DNA of 63,870 nucleotides, filler included, from Neoconidiobolus thromboides FSU 785 (GCA_025603075.1; 9 parts of 9 records of this genome joined end to end with filler, not necessarily neighbours in it), one strand, 5' to 3'; positions 11,658 to 25,900 are shown, counted from the whole stretch's first letter. Notes: generated by a model from the sequence alone, not told the origin. Numbers and translations: made by a program.

Positions 11658-13752
11658 ATGAGTAGTATTGCCTTCAACGTTATCAAATCTAACAAGTCTA
11701 TCTTTAATAAAAGTTTACGTAGTTTAACTACACGTAATACCTCCTCTTTAAGTTCTCCACTTAATGGTAAACTTTAATAATATTTCAATAACTAAAAACT
11801 AATACTTTTTTAAATTGATAGCTACTTATGGACTCGAACGTAAATTTTAGTAGAATATCTTCATTTAGTTTCTAATTTTATTATTATTATTATTAAATTT
11901 ATAGCTGAGCATGTTGAATTATATATGCTTGCTAGAAATTTTGCTGATAAAGAATTAGCTCCTCGTATGCAAGAAGTAATAGAAATTATCAAATTTTTAT
12001 TAAATTAAATAATTAACCTCCTTTATATATATTAGTTCGATCAAAAAGGTGAATTACCTATGGATGCTCTTAGAAAAGGTGCTGAATTAGGATTTGGTAA
12101 TGTTTTTGATTAATTCGATTAATGTTTGTTATTTATCTTGTTTTATTTTATTAGGTGGTGTTTACATTGGTGAAGATGTCGGTGGTGCTGGTTTAGGTAT
12201 TTTAAAATAACAAGAATAATTTATTTTAATTTTGATATTAATTTTATTATTATTAAAGGCCGTCTTGAAACTTCATTAATATTTGAAGCTTTATCCACTG
12301 GAGATACTTCCACTGCTGCCTTTATCAGTATTCATAAGTAATTAATAGAATTAATTTTATGTGCAAAAAATCAATTATTGATTTGATTTATATTAAAATA
12401 GTATGGCACTTAATGTGATTGATAAATACGGTTCAAAAGAACAAAGAGAACAATATTTACCTTCTTTAACTTCAATGGAGGTAAATTGATATTTTATTTA
12501 TTTTATATATATGAATTGTAATTAATCAATTGATTATAGAAAATTGCTTCTTATTGTTTAACTGAGCCTGGAGCAGGTAGTGATGCTGGTAATTTAGGCA
12601 CTGTTGCTAAAAGAGATGGAGATAATTATATCTTAAATGGTTCCAAAGTAAATTTAGTTTATTATTAAATTATTTAAAAGTAATTAATAATAATTACTTC
12701 TTTATTATAGGCATTTATTTCTGGTGGTGGTTTTTCGGATGTTTATGTAGTTATGGCTCGTACTGGTGAAGCTGGTATTATCAAAAATAATATATACACT
12801 TTTATAATATTAATATTAATATAATTTTAAATTTAGGACCAAAAGGTATCTCTTCGTTTATTGTAGAAAAAGGAACACCAGGACTTTCTTTCGGTAAAAA
12901 TGAAAAGAAAGTAAAATTAGAATTTATATAATTTAACTCTCATTTTTATTAATTGTTAATTAGCTTGGATGGAATTCTCAACCTACTGCAGGTAATTTAA
13001 TATTTACAAGTTATTAATATTTATAAAGTATTAATTTGATTTTATTATTAGCTGTCATTTTTGAAGATTGTGTTGTACCAGCTAAAAATTTAATCGGTAA
13101 AGAAGGAGATGGCTTTAAATTTGCTATGCAAGGTTTAGATGGTGGTAGAATTAATATTGGTAAATACAAAATAACATAAAAAACTGATAAATATTTATTA
13201 ATGAACTTAATTAGCTTCTTGTAGTTTAGGAGCTGCACAAGCTTCATTAGAATTAGCTTTAGAATACTCTAAAGATCGTAAACAATTTGGTAGATCTATT
13301 TCTTCCTTTCAGGTAGGATATAATTTTATTAAGGTTAGATTTAAATTTAAAATACTAATCTATTTAATTATTTAGCATACTCAATTCAAATTAGCTGAAT
13401 TAGTAACCTCCTTACAAACTTCACGTTTAATTACACGTCAAGCTGCCACCTTAGTTGATCAAAAATCGCCATTAGGTACTTCTTTTGTAGCTATGGTGAG
13501 TTACTATTTCTCAATTCTAATATCGATTTATTAATCAAACTTCAATTTATTTAATTTTCATAGGCTAAATTACAAGCTACTGATAAATGTTTTGATGTTA
13601 TTAATCAAGCATTACAAATTCACGGTGGTTATGGTTATCTTTATGATTATAAATTACAACAATATTTAAGAGATTCTAGAGTTCATCAAATTTTAGAAGG
13701 TACTAATGAAATTATGAGATTAATAATTTCTCGTGATTTATTAAAAGCTTAA
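11658..13752 (+). CDS. ACAD8: Mitochondrial acyl-CoA dehydrogenase, isobutyryl-CoA dehydrogenase-like; 15 exons
   Basis: Spliced motifs [48 protein letters not shown]; basic/Ser-rich presequence; 18-nt microexon 11822-11839. Confidence 0.85.
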
Positions 13753-13963
13753 CTTTATTAATCTTGTTAAAATAAATTAAACTTAATGTTTATTTAAATA
13801 TTTGCTTTTCTAATTATAAATGAAAATGTTAGATTGTATAAAACTTAAGCCTAAATCGAGTTAAAGTTTGAAATTAATTTGGTTAAAAATATACAATATA
13901 TAAGAAAACTTTTATAGCTTAATTTTGATAAATCATTGAATGTTTTAATTGTAACAAACGATA

Positions 13964-14691
13964 TTAATTTTTTAAAGCAAATGGTCCATACTTTGAGTTG
14001 ATAGGGAAACCTTTAGCATATCCATTATGAAGATTTAACATAGATTGAAACCAATTATATAATATTTTATCTTCCATATCTTCAACAACGTGTTGGAAAT
14101 GTAATGGGGTTAATACTCTAAACCATTGTAATATTGAAAATAAGATGGAATCAGAATACGTAGCTAGAAGGGATAGATATAAATAAAAAGATCAAAGTAA
14201 AAATAAAATAAGTTACGTTCATTGCCTTCAAAGAAAGGACTAACTTTTAACATACTAATGATAGGTTTTAAAAACTTTTCAAATTCAGGATAAAGCTTTT
14301 CAGAAGTGCCGGAAAAAGTCCTTGCAAATTGAAATCTATCTTCAGCAAATTCTTTATCTTTTTGTTCTAATAGTTCCCATTCAGTGTCTACAGTCAGACC
14401 AAATGGTATCATCATATTAGCATCAATATAGCTTTCTAGGAATTCAGAAGTTTTAGTACCATTTGGAAATAGTTTTGGTTGATTTGGATATCTTTTTTCT
14501 AACTCATTAGCGATATCTCTACTATTGTAAACAACACTTCCATCAGGTAGCTTTAAAGTAGGTACTTTTCTCCATTTATTGTCACTAAAAATAAAGTTAA
14601 TACTAAATATTAACAGCTTATTTATTTATTACGTTAGATTTAATATAGTATCATTAACATCCTTAAAAGTTAATTTAACCTCATTGAAATC
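13964..14691 (-). CDS. Glutathione S-transferase family protein (5'-truncated)
   Basis: KVPTLKLPDGSVVYNSRDIANELEKRYP N-domain signature; spliced C-domain ending GPFALKN*. Confidence 0.7.
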
Positions 14692-14976
14692 NNNNNNNNN
14701 NNNNNNNNNNNNNNNNNNNNNNNNNNNNNNNNNNNTTAATTAATTAANNNNNNNNNNNNNNNNNNNNNNNNNNNNNNNNNNNNNNNNNNNNTGGGGTTGT
14801 CTAAATTAGTTTCATTGTTTTATCTAATTTTTAAATATTTTGTATTTTAAAAACTTCGCTTAAAGTTGTACAAAATCAAATTTTTTATTAAAACAAGAGC
14901 AACCTGACACAGTTCTAAATTATTCTACTATAGTCTATACTGTAAGTTGGTTGAGTTTCTACTAAATCTTAAATAC

Positions 14977-15080
14977 ATATGGGGATGTTTTTTTGTCTTC
15001 ATTACTTTTTCCATTTTTAGGCACCATTTGAGTGGAAAGATTATTAGCAAAATTCTTAACCGAAAAATACATCCCCATAT
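14977..15080 (-). mobile_element. MITE family A copy nested in family B
   Basis: ATATGGGGATG...CATCCCCATAT. Confidence 0.85.
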
Positions 15081-15201
15081 TCTTATAAAACTTTATTGAG
15101 AAATACTCATTATCGACTGCTTTATAGCCAACATTGTAGATTTGTTATCAAATAAATAAACTATTTTAATCTTATAATTACATTATTAATATATTCCTAA
15201 G

Positions 15202-15245
15202 TGTGAAATCTGGTACTCAGTGTTTGGAGTCAAAAACAGCTATTG
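15202..15245 (+). repeat. 44-bp exact dispersed repeat (second copy 49422-49465)
   Basis: TGTGAAATCTGGTACTCAGTGTTTGGAGTCAAAAACAGCTATTG. Confidence 0.9.
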
Positions 15246-15645
15246 TATTGAAATTTTCAAAAATTCCATTCCGAAGTTTGGTTATGAAAGTTTTAAATAA
15301 AGAGATTTAATTTTAGGCTTTTTAGATTTAACCGTCACATTAGACACAAATTCAAAAATAAAATTTGGATTAATTTCTAAGTAAAGTCTAAAACTAATTT
15401 GGACAACCCCATATAGTTAATCTTTTTAATTATTCAAAAACAATAAAACAATTATAACAAGTCTTTTAAATTTAGTTAATTGTATATTAAAGAGTTATAA
15501 ATTTAAAATAAATTCTGAAACTAACTTAAATATTCCTGTATAGTAGATTATTATAATACTTTTATTTGGAAAAATTATATTTAATAGTTAATAATATTAT
15601 TATATAAATATTAAATTTTTATTTTATATATTCAATTTACGTATT

Positions 15646-15831
15646 ATATGGGGATGTATTCTTTCTTTAAGAATTTGAGTGGAAAAATTGTTACTAAAAT
15701 TCTTAAACATAAAAATACATTCCCATATGGGGGTGTTTTTTTTGGGTTCATTATTTTTTTCATCTTTTAAGCACTATTTGAGCGGAAAAATTGTTAATAA
15801 AATTCTTAAACACAAAAATACATCCCCATAT
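15646..15831. mobile_element. Two abutting MITE A units; the first is a left-arm/left-arm chimera
   Basis: Units share ATAT at 15725-15728. Confidence 0.8.
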
Positions 15832-16061
15832 GTTATTTTCTTATTTAAATTTATTTTGAAACTAAAGCTAAACTTCTCTGATTTATTATATATTATAAGC
15901 AGCTAATTAAAAGACTTCTATATTTTTATATCAAATATTCAATAATTAAATTATTTTTTAAACAATAAAACAGATATGATATAGAATAAGATTTTTAGAA
16001 CTTAGTAAAAAACATACACATAAAACTAAGATTGTATAAAAATTCAGCTATTATATATAAA

Positions 16062-16084
16062 TGCGCCCACCGCGGATTGAACGC

Positions 16085-16128
<44 letters not shown>

Positions 16129-16134
16129 AGCCGC
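16062..16134 (-). tRNA. tRNA-Phe(GAA), intronless
   Basis: GCGGCTATAGCTCAGTTGGGAGAGCGTCAGACTGAAGATCTGAAGGTCCCGCGTTCAATCCGCGGTGGGCGCA forms a cloverleaf; T5 run about 20 nt downstream. Confidence 0.92.
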
Positions 16135-16541
16135 AAATTTGAGTTAATATTTAAATAAGAAAATAATAATAATAATAATAATTTCAAAACAGAATCAGTC
16201 TAAAATAAGTGACAATAAATCTAAGTTCAAATGGGTAAACTTTCAATCCAATAGTCACTAAAACGTCAACAGGAATTTGAATGAAAATTCTAATGATTAA
16301 TTGATGTTAGAGAATAGCCAAACTTTAGAACATTTAGAAAATTGATGTAGAGTATAGCCAATAAAAAGGTAAGGCGTCAATAAAATTAACGAATTAGCAA
16401 AAGGTATGCTAAAATTTGGTAGATGATGCCAAATAAACTATTATTCTAAAATAGAAACTTGATATCAAAAAGACATTAAACATTTCTCAAGTTTATTTAG
16501 TTTTTATTATTATTGTCATTCAGTAGTTATCTTTTATAAAA

Positions 16542-18306
16542 ATGATTAATAAGTTGCTTTATTTTCTATTGATCTTTTTCAGCCTTCATACTTATTTAGC
16601 TAACTTTGAAAATTTGGTAAGTTTTTTTATATTAAAAGTCTTTTTACCTTCTACCACCCTTCCCTTTTATCTCATCAAAAGTAATTTTCTTCTCTTATAG
16701 TATCCCGGCGAACTTCGATGTAGTGGAGTCTATGGAAAAGATCAATTTCCAAGTGGCGAAAAAGCGTCTATTAAGTTAAGTATTAAACCTAAATTTAAAG
16801 ATAGTTCTAAAGAAGAAGATCAAGATTTAAATGCTCATATTGGACTTGCCTTTTTTGATTTTATGGATTTTAATAGTTTTGGACTTCCATTGAGTGATGA
16901 TCCATTGGTAAGATTTTGAAGTTGATTTGAAATTATTTTTAATGTTGATTTAAAGGGAGAGAGAAAATATTTATGTGATAGTATAGCTATTGACTTAGAT
17001 TTGTGCAAAAAAGAAAATTTGGGCAAATATATTATCAATAATCCAGAAAACAAAACAACTAGTATACAAGCTCAATATATATTAATAAATAAAGAAAATC
17101 AATTCACAGCGGAAGGAAGCTACTTTATCAATGAAACTGGATATAAATGCGTCACGGCTGATATCATTAATTTAAATTCTAAAAACGAACCTAATCCAGA
17201 AGATCTATTTACTACTTTTTTGGGGTTAATAGAATGGAACAATCCGTATGGTAAATTACCAGCAAGTGAGCACCCTAAATTAGTATTTTATGGGGTACTT
17301 AGTTTAGTTTACGTAGTATTTTCTTTAGTTTGGGCTTTTTTGTTATATAAATATTGGCAAGATTTATTACCTATTCAACATTATATCACGGGTGTATTGA
17401 TTTTTTTAATTGCGGAAATGAGTGCTAATTATGGTTATTTGGATAATTTTAATCAAAGTGGTAAATCCAATTATCCATTATTAGTATTAGTAGTTATTTT
17501 AGATGCTGGCAGAAATTCATTATGTTTTTTTATTTTATTAATTGTTTCGCTTGGTTATGGGGTTATTAAACCTACTTTGGGTGAGTTTATATATGATTTT
17601 TTTATTTTATAGAATTGATTTACTGATTATTCAATACTATTTATTAGGTAAAACTATGTTAAAATGTCAATTATTAACATTAATTCATTTCTTATGTGGT
17701 TGTTTATATGGTGCTGGTGCAATGCTAACTAATCCTGATAGAGTGGATTCTTATATATTATTATTTGTCTTACCATTATCAATAAGTATGACTGCCTTTT
17801 ATGTCTGGATATTACAAGGGATGGCAGCCACTATATTAACACTAGAACAACGACAACAACCAATCAAATTAAAAATGTTTTTAAGATTAAGATATACGAT
17901 TGGTGGCTCAATACTATTATTGTTAATGTATTTTATTGCTAATGGATTATTTTTTAATAAAAGTAGTGAGAAATCATTTATTAATGATCAATGGCAAAAC
18001 CGTTGGTTTTTAACGGACGGTTGGTTAGCTGTATTATTTTTGGTAATATTTACAGCTATTATGGTTTTATGGAGGCCAACCCCTAATAATCAAAAATATG
18101 GTTTACAAGAATTGGCACAAGATGAATCAGCTGCTGATGCTTTAGATTTAGAACAAAGAATTCAATCAGAAGATAGAGCAAATAATAACAATAATAACAA
18201 TATGGAAGATAATAACAAAATTATTCCAGCTCATTTAGATGGCGGAGTAAATATATTTGATATTGGCGCAGATGATGAAGATGATGAAGAAAATAAGCAA
18301 AGATAA
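16542..18306 (+). CDS. PTM1: Lung seven-transmembrane receptor family (PTM1/TMEM87/GPR107-like)
   Basis: Signal peptide; WNNPYGKLPASEHP, DLLPIQHYI, SLGYGVIKP, WRPTPNNQKYG; spliced. Confidence 0.85.
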
Positions 18307-18354
18307 ATAAAATTTATTATAAAAATGTTTTAAGAAAGATGATGTAATTTTATT

Positions 18355-20630
18355 TTATTTCTTGTTATATTTATTATCTTTAAGTTCCCAAATCTACCAT
18401 AAAAAAGAATAGGTAAATAAAACAGATAGATAAATATTTATTATTATTATTAAATATACTTACTTGTAAATAAGATTGAGTTAATGGTATCATTTCACTT
18501 AATTCAACATCTACATTTAAATCATTAACCTTAAACCATTGATTTAAACCTGGATGTTTTAAATAACATAAATAATTCCCATTTTCAGGTAATTCGGAAT
18601 TTTCATGAACAACATTAACTAATAAATTATAATATTTATCAACATTATTATTAACTAAATATAAAATAGATTAATAAATTATATATAAATATATATATAT
18701 TAAAACTTACTAAAATTTAAATTTAAGGATTGATTAATTGGAAATGTAACAATAGTTGGATTCTTTTCAAAATTAAAGTTATTCTTATTAAATCGTTTAT
18801 AATAAACAATTAAATAAGGTGGTAACTCTAATATTTTATATTTTTTGATTAAATTACTACTTTCCTATTAAAAATATAATTAATTAATTAATTAATTATA
18901 ATATTATTTTGATTTACTTGTTCCGTTTTTCCATCAAATTTACTTAATATATTAGCAATTGAAACCTAAAATAAATAATTTGCATTAGTATTCTCCGGTA
19001 CTAAAAATACTTCAAAATAAAAGTATTACTTGGGGAATTATATTTTTTTCTTCAGAATCTTGAAAGAGAGGGGGAGGAGGTAATTCAATTGAAAGAAAGA
19101 AGAATTGATTTTCTTGAATTTTACTTTCCCCACTTTTTAGATTAAAAATTAAATTATCTTCTAATGCATAAATACTATTTTGAACAATTCCCCGGAAAGT
19201 ATTACTTATAATAGCTATTAATTGAAAATAAGAGTTATATTATATTATTAATTATTATTAATTATTATTAATTATATTACTTTTCCTTTTTTTACTACCA
19301 CCCATATCTAAATGTAATTGATTTAAAAACCAAGCTAAAAATTTAATTGGCTCTTTTCTTTTTTCAATTCGATATTCTTTTTTACTACAATAACTAATTT
19401 CCTATTAAATGATAGAATAAACGTAAAATTAAGTAATATTGATTTATTATTATAAAACTTACTTGTAGTACTTCATGGGGGGAAACTTGTCCTTTAAATG
19501 CCTGTGGATTATATATTTTTCGACATAATAATGAAAATTTTTGGACTAATAAAAAATATCAATTTAACATCTTATTATTATTAAAATAAAATGATAAACT
19601 TACTTAATTGAGATGAATTATTATCAACCTCATTTAATAAAAAATAATCTCTAATTGGTGGTATATGAATTAATGCTTGTAGTATAACATTCATGTAATC
19701 ATTTTGTTGTATATTATTTAAACCAACATAGCCTAAAAAATAAATTAATATTAAATATGTCATTATTTATTTATTATTATATTGTTTCACCTGGTAAATA
19801 TTTTTTGTTATTTAAATCAAAAGAATATTTTGGCATTGGATTATAAACCATAGAATAAACTTGTTCCTTTGTAAATGTTGGTTTAATAACATACTAAATA
19901 AATAAGTAAATAAATAAGTAAATAGATAAACTGTTATTATCACTATAATTACTTTAATATCATTTAAACTTGGGTCTTCTACTAAATGATCATCTGGTAA
20001 TATATAAACCTAATATAAAAAATAAAAATAAAAACAATCTATTTATTTACTTTTAAATTTATATTAACTTACATTTAAACTACTTAAATTAATAAAAACA
20101 TGGTGATCTTCATCAATTGAATGAAAATAAGCTTGAGTTGATTTACCTTTACCTAATACAAATAAGTAAATTAGTAAAACATATTAATATTGATATTGTT
20201 TTCTGTTTTCATTACTATAATTATATTACTTACCTTGAAAAAATTTACCACAAATTAAACAAGCATAAATATTAAAATTGGAATTAGATATGCAACATAT
20301 TTTTTCGAAATCAAAATCTAATCTTGTTCGATCAATTGTATCTAAATAAATATCTTTGACAATTTTGATCTTTTCTTCTTGAGTTTCATTATCTTCTTCT
20401 TCTTCTTCTTCTGATGAATGTTCATTAGATTTTATAGTTTTAATATTATTCTCTTTTGAGTTTTGTAAATTAGTTTTTATATCTTCATGTTGATTAATCT
20501 CTTGCTCACCATCTATCATTTTCATATAATTAATATCTCTTCTGTTCAGGATAATAAAATATTAGTTTTATTTATTACCTTTTAGTCTTCTCTTTTTAAC
20601 ACTTTCATTACTATTTCCATTTCTTTCCAT
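18355..20630 (-). CDS. SAD1: U4/U6.U5 tri-snRNP factor (USP39/Sad1), multi-exon
   Basis: ZnF-UBP NIYACLICGKFFQG; GLNNIQQNDYMNVILQAL; LPPYL..KRF..N.F..EKNPTIV.FP. Confidence 0.85.
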
Positions 20631-20818
20631 TTTAATTTAATTTCTATCAACGTAATGAAACAAACAAAATTCAATTCCAAAAGGAAATATGAAAAATTTA
20701 AACTTAATTTTTTTGAATAAAGAAACTCAAATTTTATCAACTCATTATTTTTTGATCTTTTATCAATTCAGCATTAAAGATATTTAAAAAATAAACATTC
20801 AATAAAGATAATTAAACT

Positions 20819-20958
20819 ATGAATTTTAATAATATCAATTTTAACCAAACACAACGTCGTTTAACTGAAGAGGAAAAAAAAGAAATTATTCAAGTATTCG
20901 AGATGTTTGATATTGATAAAGATAATTATTTAGATATTTATCAATTTGGTGTAAGTAA

Positions 20959-20995
<37 letters not shown>

Positions 20996-21462
20996 TGTTT
21001 AATAAATCTTTTGTATATTTTCATTCCCATTATATTCAACTAACCAACATACTTTAACTCCCTTAATTGTTAAATTTCATTTTAATTTTATTAATAATTG
21101 AATTCTTTTAGATTGCCCATCGAGCACTTGGTTTCGAATTAACAAAGCCTGAACTATTTTCCTTATCACAGAACTCTTCTATTTTTGAAAATGGTAAAAT
21201 TCCACTTTCTAAATTCAAAACTTATATGGAAAACAAGTTAATCTCAAGACGTCCTGAAGAAGAAATTTCAGCTGCATTTAAATTATTTGATATTGATAAT
21301 AAAGGTAAAGTAACTGTTGATAACTTAAAGAGAATTGCTCAAGAGCTAGGAGAAGATATTGCTGAAGATGAATTGGAAGCTATGGTATTGGAATTTGATT
21401 TAGATGGTGATAGAGGCATCAACGAAAATGAGTTTTTTAATATTATGAGGGCCGCTTATTAA
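20819..21462 (+). CDS. CDC31: Centrin (EF-hand)
   Basis: FDIDKDNYLD; RALGFE; AFKLFDIDNKGKV; EFDLDGDRGINENEF; intron 20951-21111. Confidence 0.85.
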
Positions 21463-21572
21463 TTTTGGTTTATTAAATTAAATTAAATTAAATTATAATA
21501 TATAAATAAATAAAATAGTTGATTTCAATTTTTATTTATTTAAAAAATTCCACATTCACACTATACTATACT

Positions 21573-22757
21573 TTAACGTCTACTACGATTATCCCTTTTA
21601 AGTTTGCTCATTGTTTTCATTAGATTTGCTTGTTTATTACTCATTTGTTTTTTATTATTATTTTCAGGAACTCTATCATGTTGATTAGCATTTCTCATTT
21701 GCATACGAAATTTTTGATATGAACCACTTTGACGAATAATATTTTGAGTCCATTTACTTACTAAAGATTTGGCTTGTTTTTGGACTTCTTTAGTAATTCG
21801 TGGACATATGGAATAAAACTTAACAATTCTTCCCAAATATGAGTTACGTAAAAAGTCAGTAGTGATTGGCATTTGTTCCAATAAACTAATTAATTCAATT
21901 TGGATATTTAAAATCGGTAGACTACCATCTGGATATGGTTCAAGGAAATTACGTACTTCTTCTAATATACCAATTTCTAAGAGGGAGTTATGATTATAGG
22001 TTCTATTAGCAAAATCAAAGTTAATTATTTTTAAATTAACCAAATAGGTTTTATTACTTCTTCATAATTTGTACTACTTTTGGTAAACAGCTTAATTTAT
22101 TTAATGCCGGTACACCTGCTTTAAAATCATTATTATCGGCATCTAAAGCAGCTCTCATTAATTTTTGTAATTCATCTGCTTCTCTATCCGCTTCTTCTTC
22201 TCTTTCCTTTTTTGTTTCAGTATATTAATAAAAATAAAATAAGAATAAGGATTAACAACTTACATATTGTAATGTTCTTTTACTTGATTTTTTAGGTTTG
22301 CTTGTTTCGCCTTCTTCACCTTCTTGTTGATTGGATTTGTTTCGCTTCTTTTTTCCTTTTGGTTTAGGTAAATCATCTTCTAACTCAGACAAATCTTCTT
22401 CTCGAATACCAGACTCAGGTATAACTTCAGTTTGTGGTTTACTTGATTTTTATTTTGGTAAAAAAAATATATTAAATTTATATTACAACTTACTTGTTTT
22501 TCAATGGATCAAAAGTAGGATCATAATCAACATCTTCTATTATGTTAAGTTAGTTAAATTAAATTTTAAAATTGTTGGAATCTACCTTCTTGTTGTGCTA
22601 CTATTTGTGTTGGTTCATAATCTTCATTTTGTTGAGTTTCTAAATTAGTTTCAACTTCTTGATCTGGGTCATATTCTTCTTGATCATAATCTAATATACT
22701 TATCATTTAATATGTCATCTGCTGTTTAAATTTAAAATTACCATTCTTATCACTCAT
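21573..22757 (-). CDS. IWS1: Transcription elongation factor IWS1/Spn1
   Basis: FLEPYPDGSLP, LRNSYLGRIVKFY, LVSKWTQNII; acidic/basic N-terminus; spliced. Confidence 0.85.
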
Positions 22758-22917
22758 TTTTGTAAAATAAAAACAAAAAGGATAAAAAAAATAAAAAGGT
22801 GAATTTTTTGAATTTTTATAAAATACGTACTAAAATAATGTTTTATTGAAATTAAAATCTTAGATTAAAAATTTTAAGAAATGTTTTTTAAAATAAGCTT
22901 TATTTATAAGATAAAAA

Positions 22918-25900
22918 TTAATTTTTATTCAACCATTCTAAAAAAACAGTTTTTCGTTTTAATGCCTTTTGTTTATGATTTGGAGATGATAAATATGAAT
23001 TGATTTTAGTATCTTTTTTTACTTCATTATTCTTGACTATCTCCTTCTCTTTCGTTGCTTCATTATATTTAACTACCTCCTCATCCTTTATTACTTGGTT
23101 AGATCTAGTTACTTCATGTTTTAAGTTTTCATTCTCTTTGTTTAATAAAAACTCATCAAGACTACCATCATTATTACTAACAATTTCCTATTAAAAATAT
23201 TAATGTTTTGAATATAAAAATATATTTTAAATATTTAAAAATATACTTGGATCGAACTATCTAAAGTAATCTTATTTTCGATATCAATTCCATCTTAATA
23301 AAAATAAAACATTTATAGAATATAACAATAAAATAATATTACCATAATCTTCATAAAGTAATTCAATACAAATAATTTCATTTTCATATTGTGGTTCAAT
23401 AGTTAATTGAATAGCTTTGTTATTTTTGAGTCTTTTGATACTAAATAGATATAATAAATGATTTCATTTCAATAGTTTAATTAAATTACCTTTCTTTAAT
23501 ATGATAAATTAAGCGTTTGCCGCTCGATACTATTATATGTGTATTGATAAAATAATTTCCTTTTTTTTCTTTAGCCTTTTCACTATTAATTATCTCTGGT
23601 ATAATCATTAACTTTGTCTTCAATGTTTTTGGATATTCTTCAATCTAAATAATAGTATTAATTTATTTACAAAATAAAATTAGTGATACTTTTGTGACTT
23701 GAAGGTTGAATTTTGGTACTTGTTTAGCAGTTTCTATTAGCTATTTTAATTATATTAACTATACTTAAATTATTCTATCTTTTACTTGTTTCCCGAAAGG
23801 TGGATTTCTATTTAATTTCTACACGATATTTAATAACATCAAAATATTTAACTGCTATTTACCAATTCAATTCTTTCAGGTGTTGTTGAAGATAAATCAC
23901 TCAAATTTTTAATTCCAATAGCATGTAGAGACGTTGCATATTTTAATCCTAAAACATGTAAGTAAAAAGTATGCTCTATAGAAAATACCTATTTTTTCCA
24001 ATTGAATTAAATTATATGGGCTATCTTCCCAAAGCTTTAAACTCATTGCTCTTAACCTTAAAAAATAGGTAAAAACTTTGTTATTTAATTAAATAATACA
24101 ATTTGATTGAATTTTTTAGAGATATAGCATCTTTTAAATAATGTGCTATATCGATGATTCCTTTGTGGTATTAAATATGAATATCTTTAATAACATTGAT
24201 GTTTTTACCTTTGCATATTCTTTTACTTGAAAATAAAATTGAATTTATTTCGGAAACTAGATTTGGATTGACTTTATAGTTAATCAAACTTACATTCCCA
24301 ATTGTACACTATTAATAAGTTAAAATAACAAACATGTTTATTAAACTTACTTGAATAATTAGATTAACTTTCTGATTAATTGTTTTTACTTTAGGTGGTT
24401 TTTCATTACTGATTTTATATTTTATTGCTGGATTTTTAATACGTTCATTTAAATGTTTCTTTTCACCTTGACTAAATCGATACTCATTAAATTCTTCTGA
24501 TAGTGATAAAATTTCCAGCTACAAATTATCAAATAAATACTTAAAAATATTAAAGATTACTAAATGTTGTATAGAACTATAGTTAAGCATGTATCTTATA
24601 TTTAATATTGTTTGAAAACGTAAATAATTATTTGACATTGTAAATCCTATTTCTATTTATTTTTAATTTATATCATTTCAATAACATTTTAACTAACCAG
24701 TGGGGCACAATAAAGTCCCTGCTTTGTTTAATTCAATCAAATTATTTTCTTTCAGTTTATTTAAATATTTTGTTAGTATAACTATATTATTAGTAGATAT
24801 ATGTACTATAAATAAATTAATACTTTCTAATTTTTTATTAGGTGGAATATCATGGTTTTGATCTTCTAATTTATAATAAGCTGTGTTTTCTTGAATTCTT
24901 ACATACAGAAAAGTTGTTTTGAGCCTAAGGTATTATTAGATGCTATATATCAGAGTTGTTTATACCATTCAATTGCATCACTTTCGGTTTGAATCTTTCC
25001 TAAACAAAATTCTGCATTTAAATGTTCTATCAAGTTTTCATGTAACCTTTATTCCATTAAATAAGACTTAAAATAGAAATTTATATATTTTTACCTGCTT
25101 TCAATACATTTTGATCCTTCTAGAAATACATTATAATCTTCTACATTTGTAAGCTCTGTCATAATAACAGCTACGCCAAAAGAGTCATACTGTGGCCTTC
25201 CAGCTCTTCCAACCATTTGTAGTATATCAATGGCCGAATATTCATTAAATTGGGAATTAATGTAACCTATTATGATTAATGTAGCTCAAATAGAATATAC
25301 ATACCCTTAGTAGATTTGATTATGACTAGATGGGCAGGGAGATTGACCTATAATATTATTCAAAAAAAGGAAACAAAAAAGAAAAATAATACCCCAACAG
25401 AAAGGGTTGAGGTTGCGCCTATAAATACTATATTAAAGTTATCATTTATGATAAGATGATTTACAAAGTGCATCAATTGATTTTTCAATAAATAAATTCT
25501 CTACAATTTTTCTATCTTCGTAACTTAAACCTGCATGATGAAATGCGACTCCATTTGATATCAATTCTAACATATTGTTATAGTGCTTCTTAAACAAAGT
25601 CGCTTTACCTTTCAACTTTTTGTCATGAATCTTGTTTATGATATAGCCTAATCTAAATATTATTAATACTTTTATTTGTTATTTAAAAAGTACGATGAGT
25701 TTCTTTGATTGAATTTAAAATACGACTTTGATAAATACTCTGCTGCATTTAAAGCAGATTTTCTTGTACTACAAAACTAAAAATATTATAAATGAGTGAT
25801 ATAACACCTTAAATCTACAATTAAACTGGGTTCTCCATCTGAGTATTTTTTAATAACATCAGGTAGCCTAAATACTATTAATAATACTCAAACAATATTG

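Larger units (their letters stand above)
14792..15411. mobile_element. Family B non-autonomous TIR element (~620 bp) with nested MITE A
   Basis: TIRs TGGGGTTGTCTAAATTAGTTT / AAACTAATTTGGACAACCCCA (20/21 match); right arm recurs at 41676. Confidence 0.75.

Noticed and set aside
15679-15906. Recurrent MEKLLxKFLxxKIHxH ORFs (also 35584, 41818, 44605)
   Set aside because: They are translations of MITE A sequence, not a gene family.
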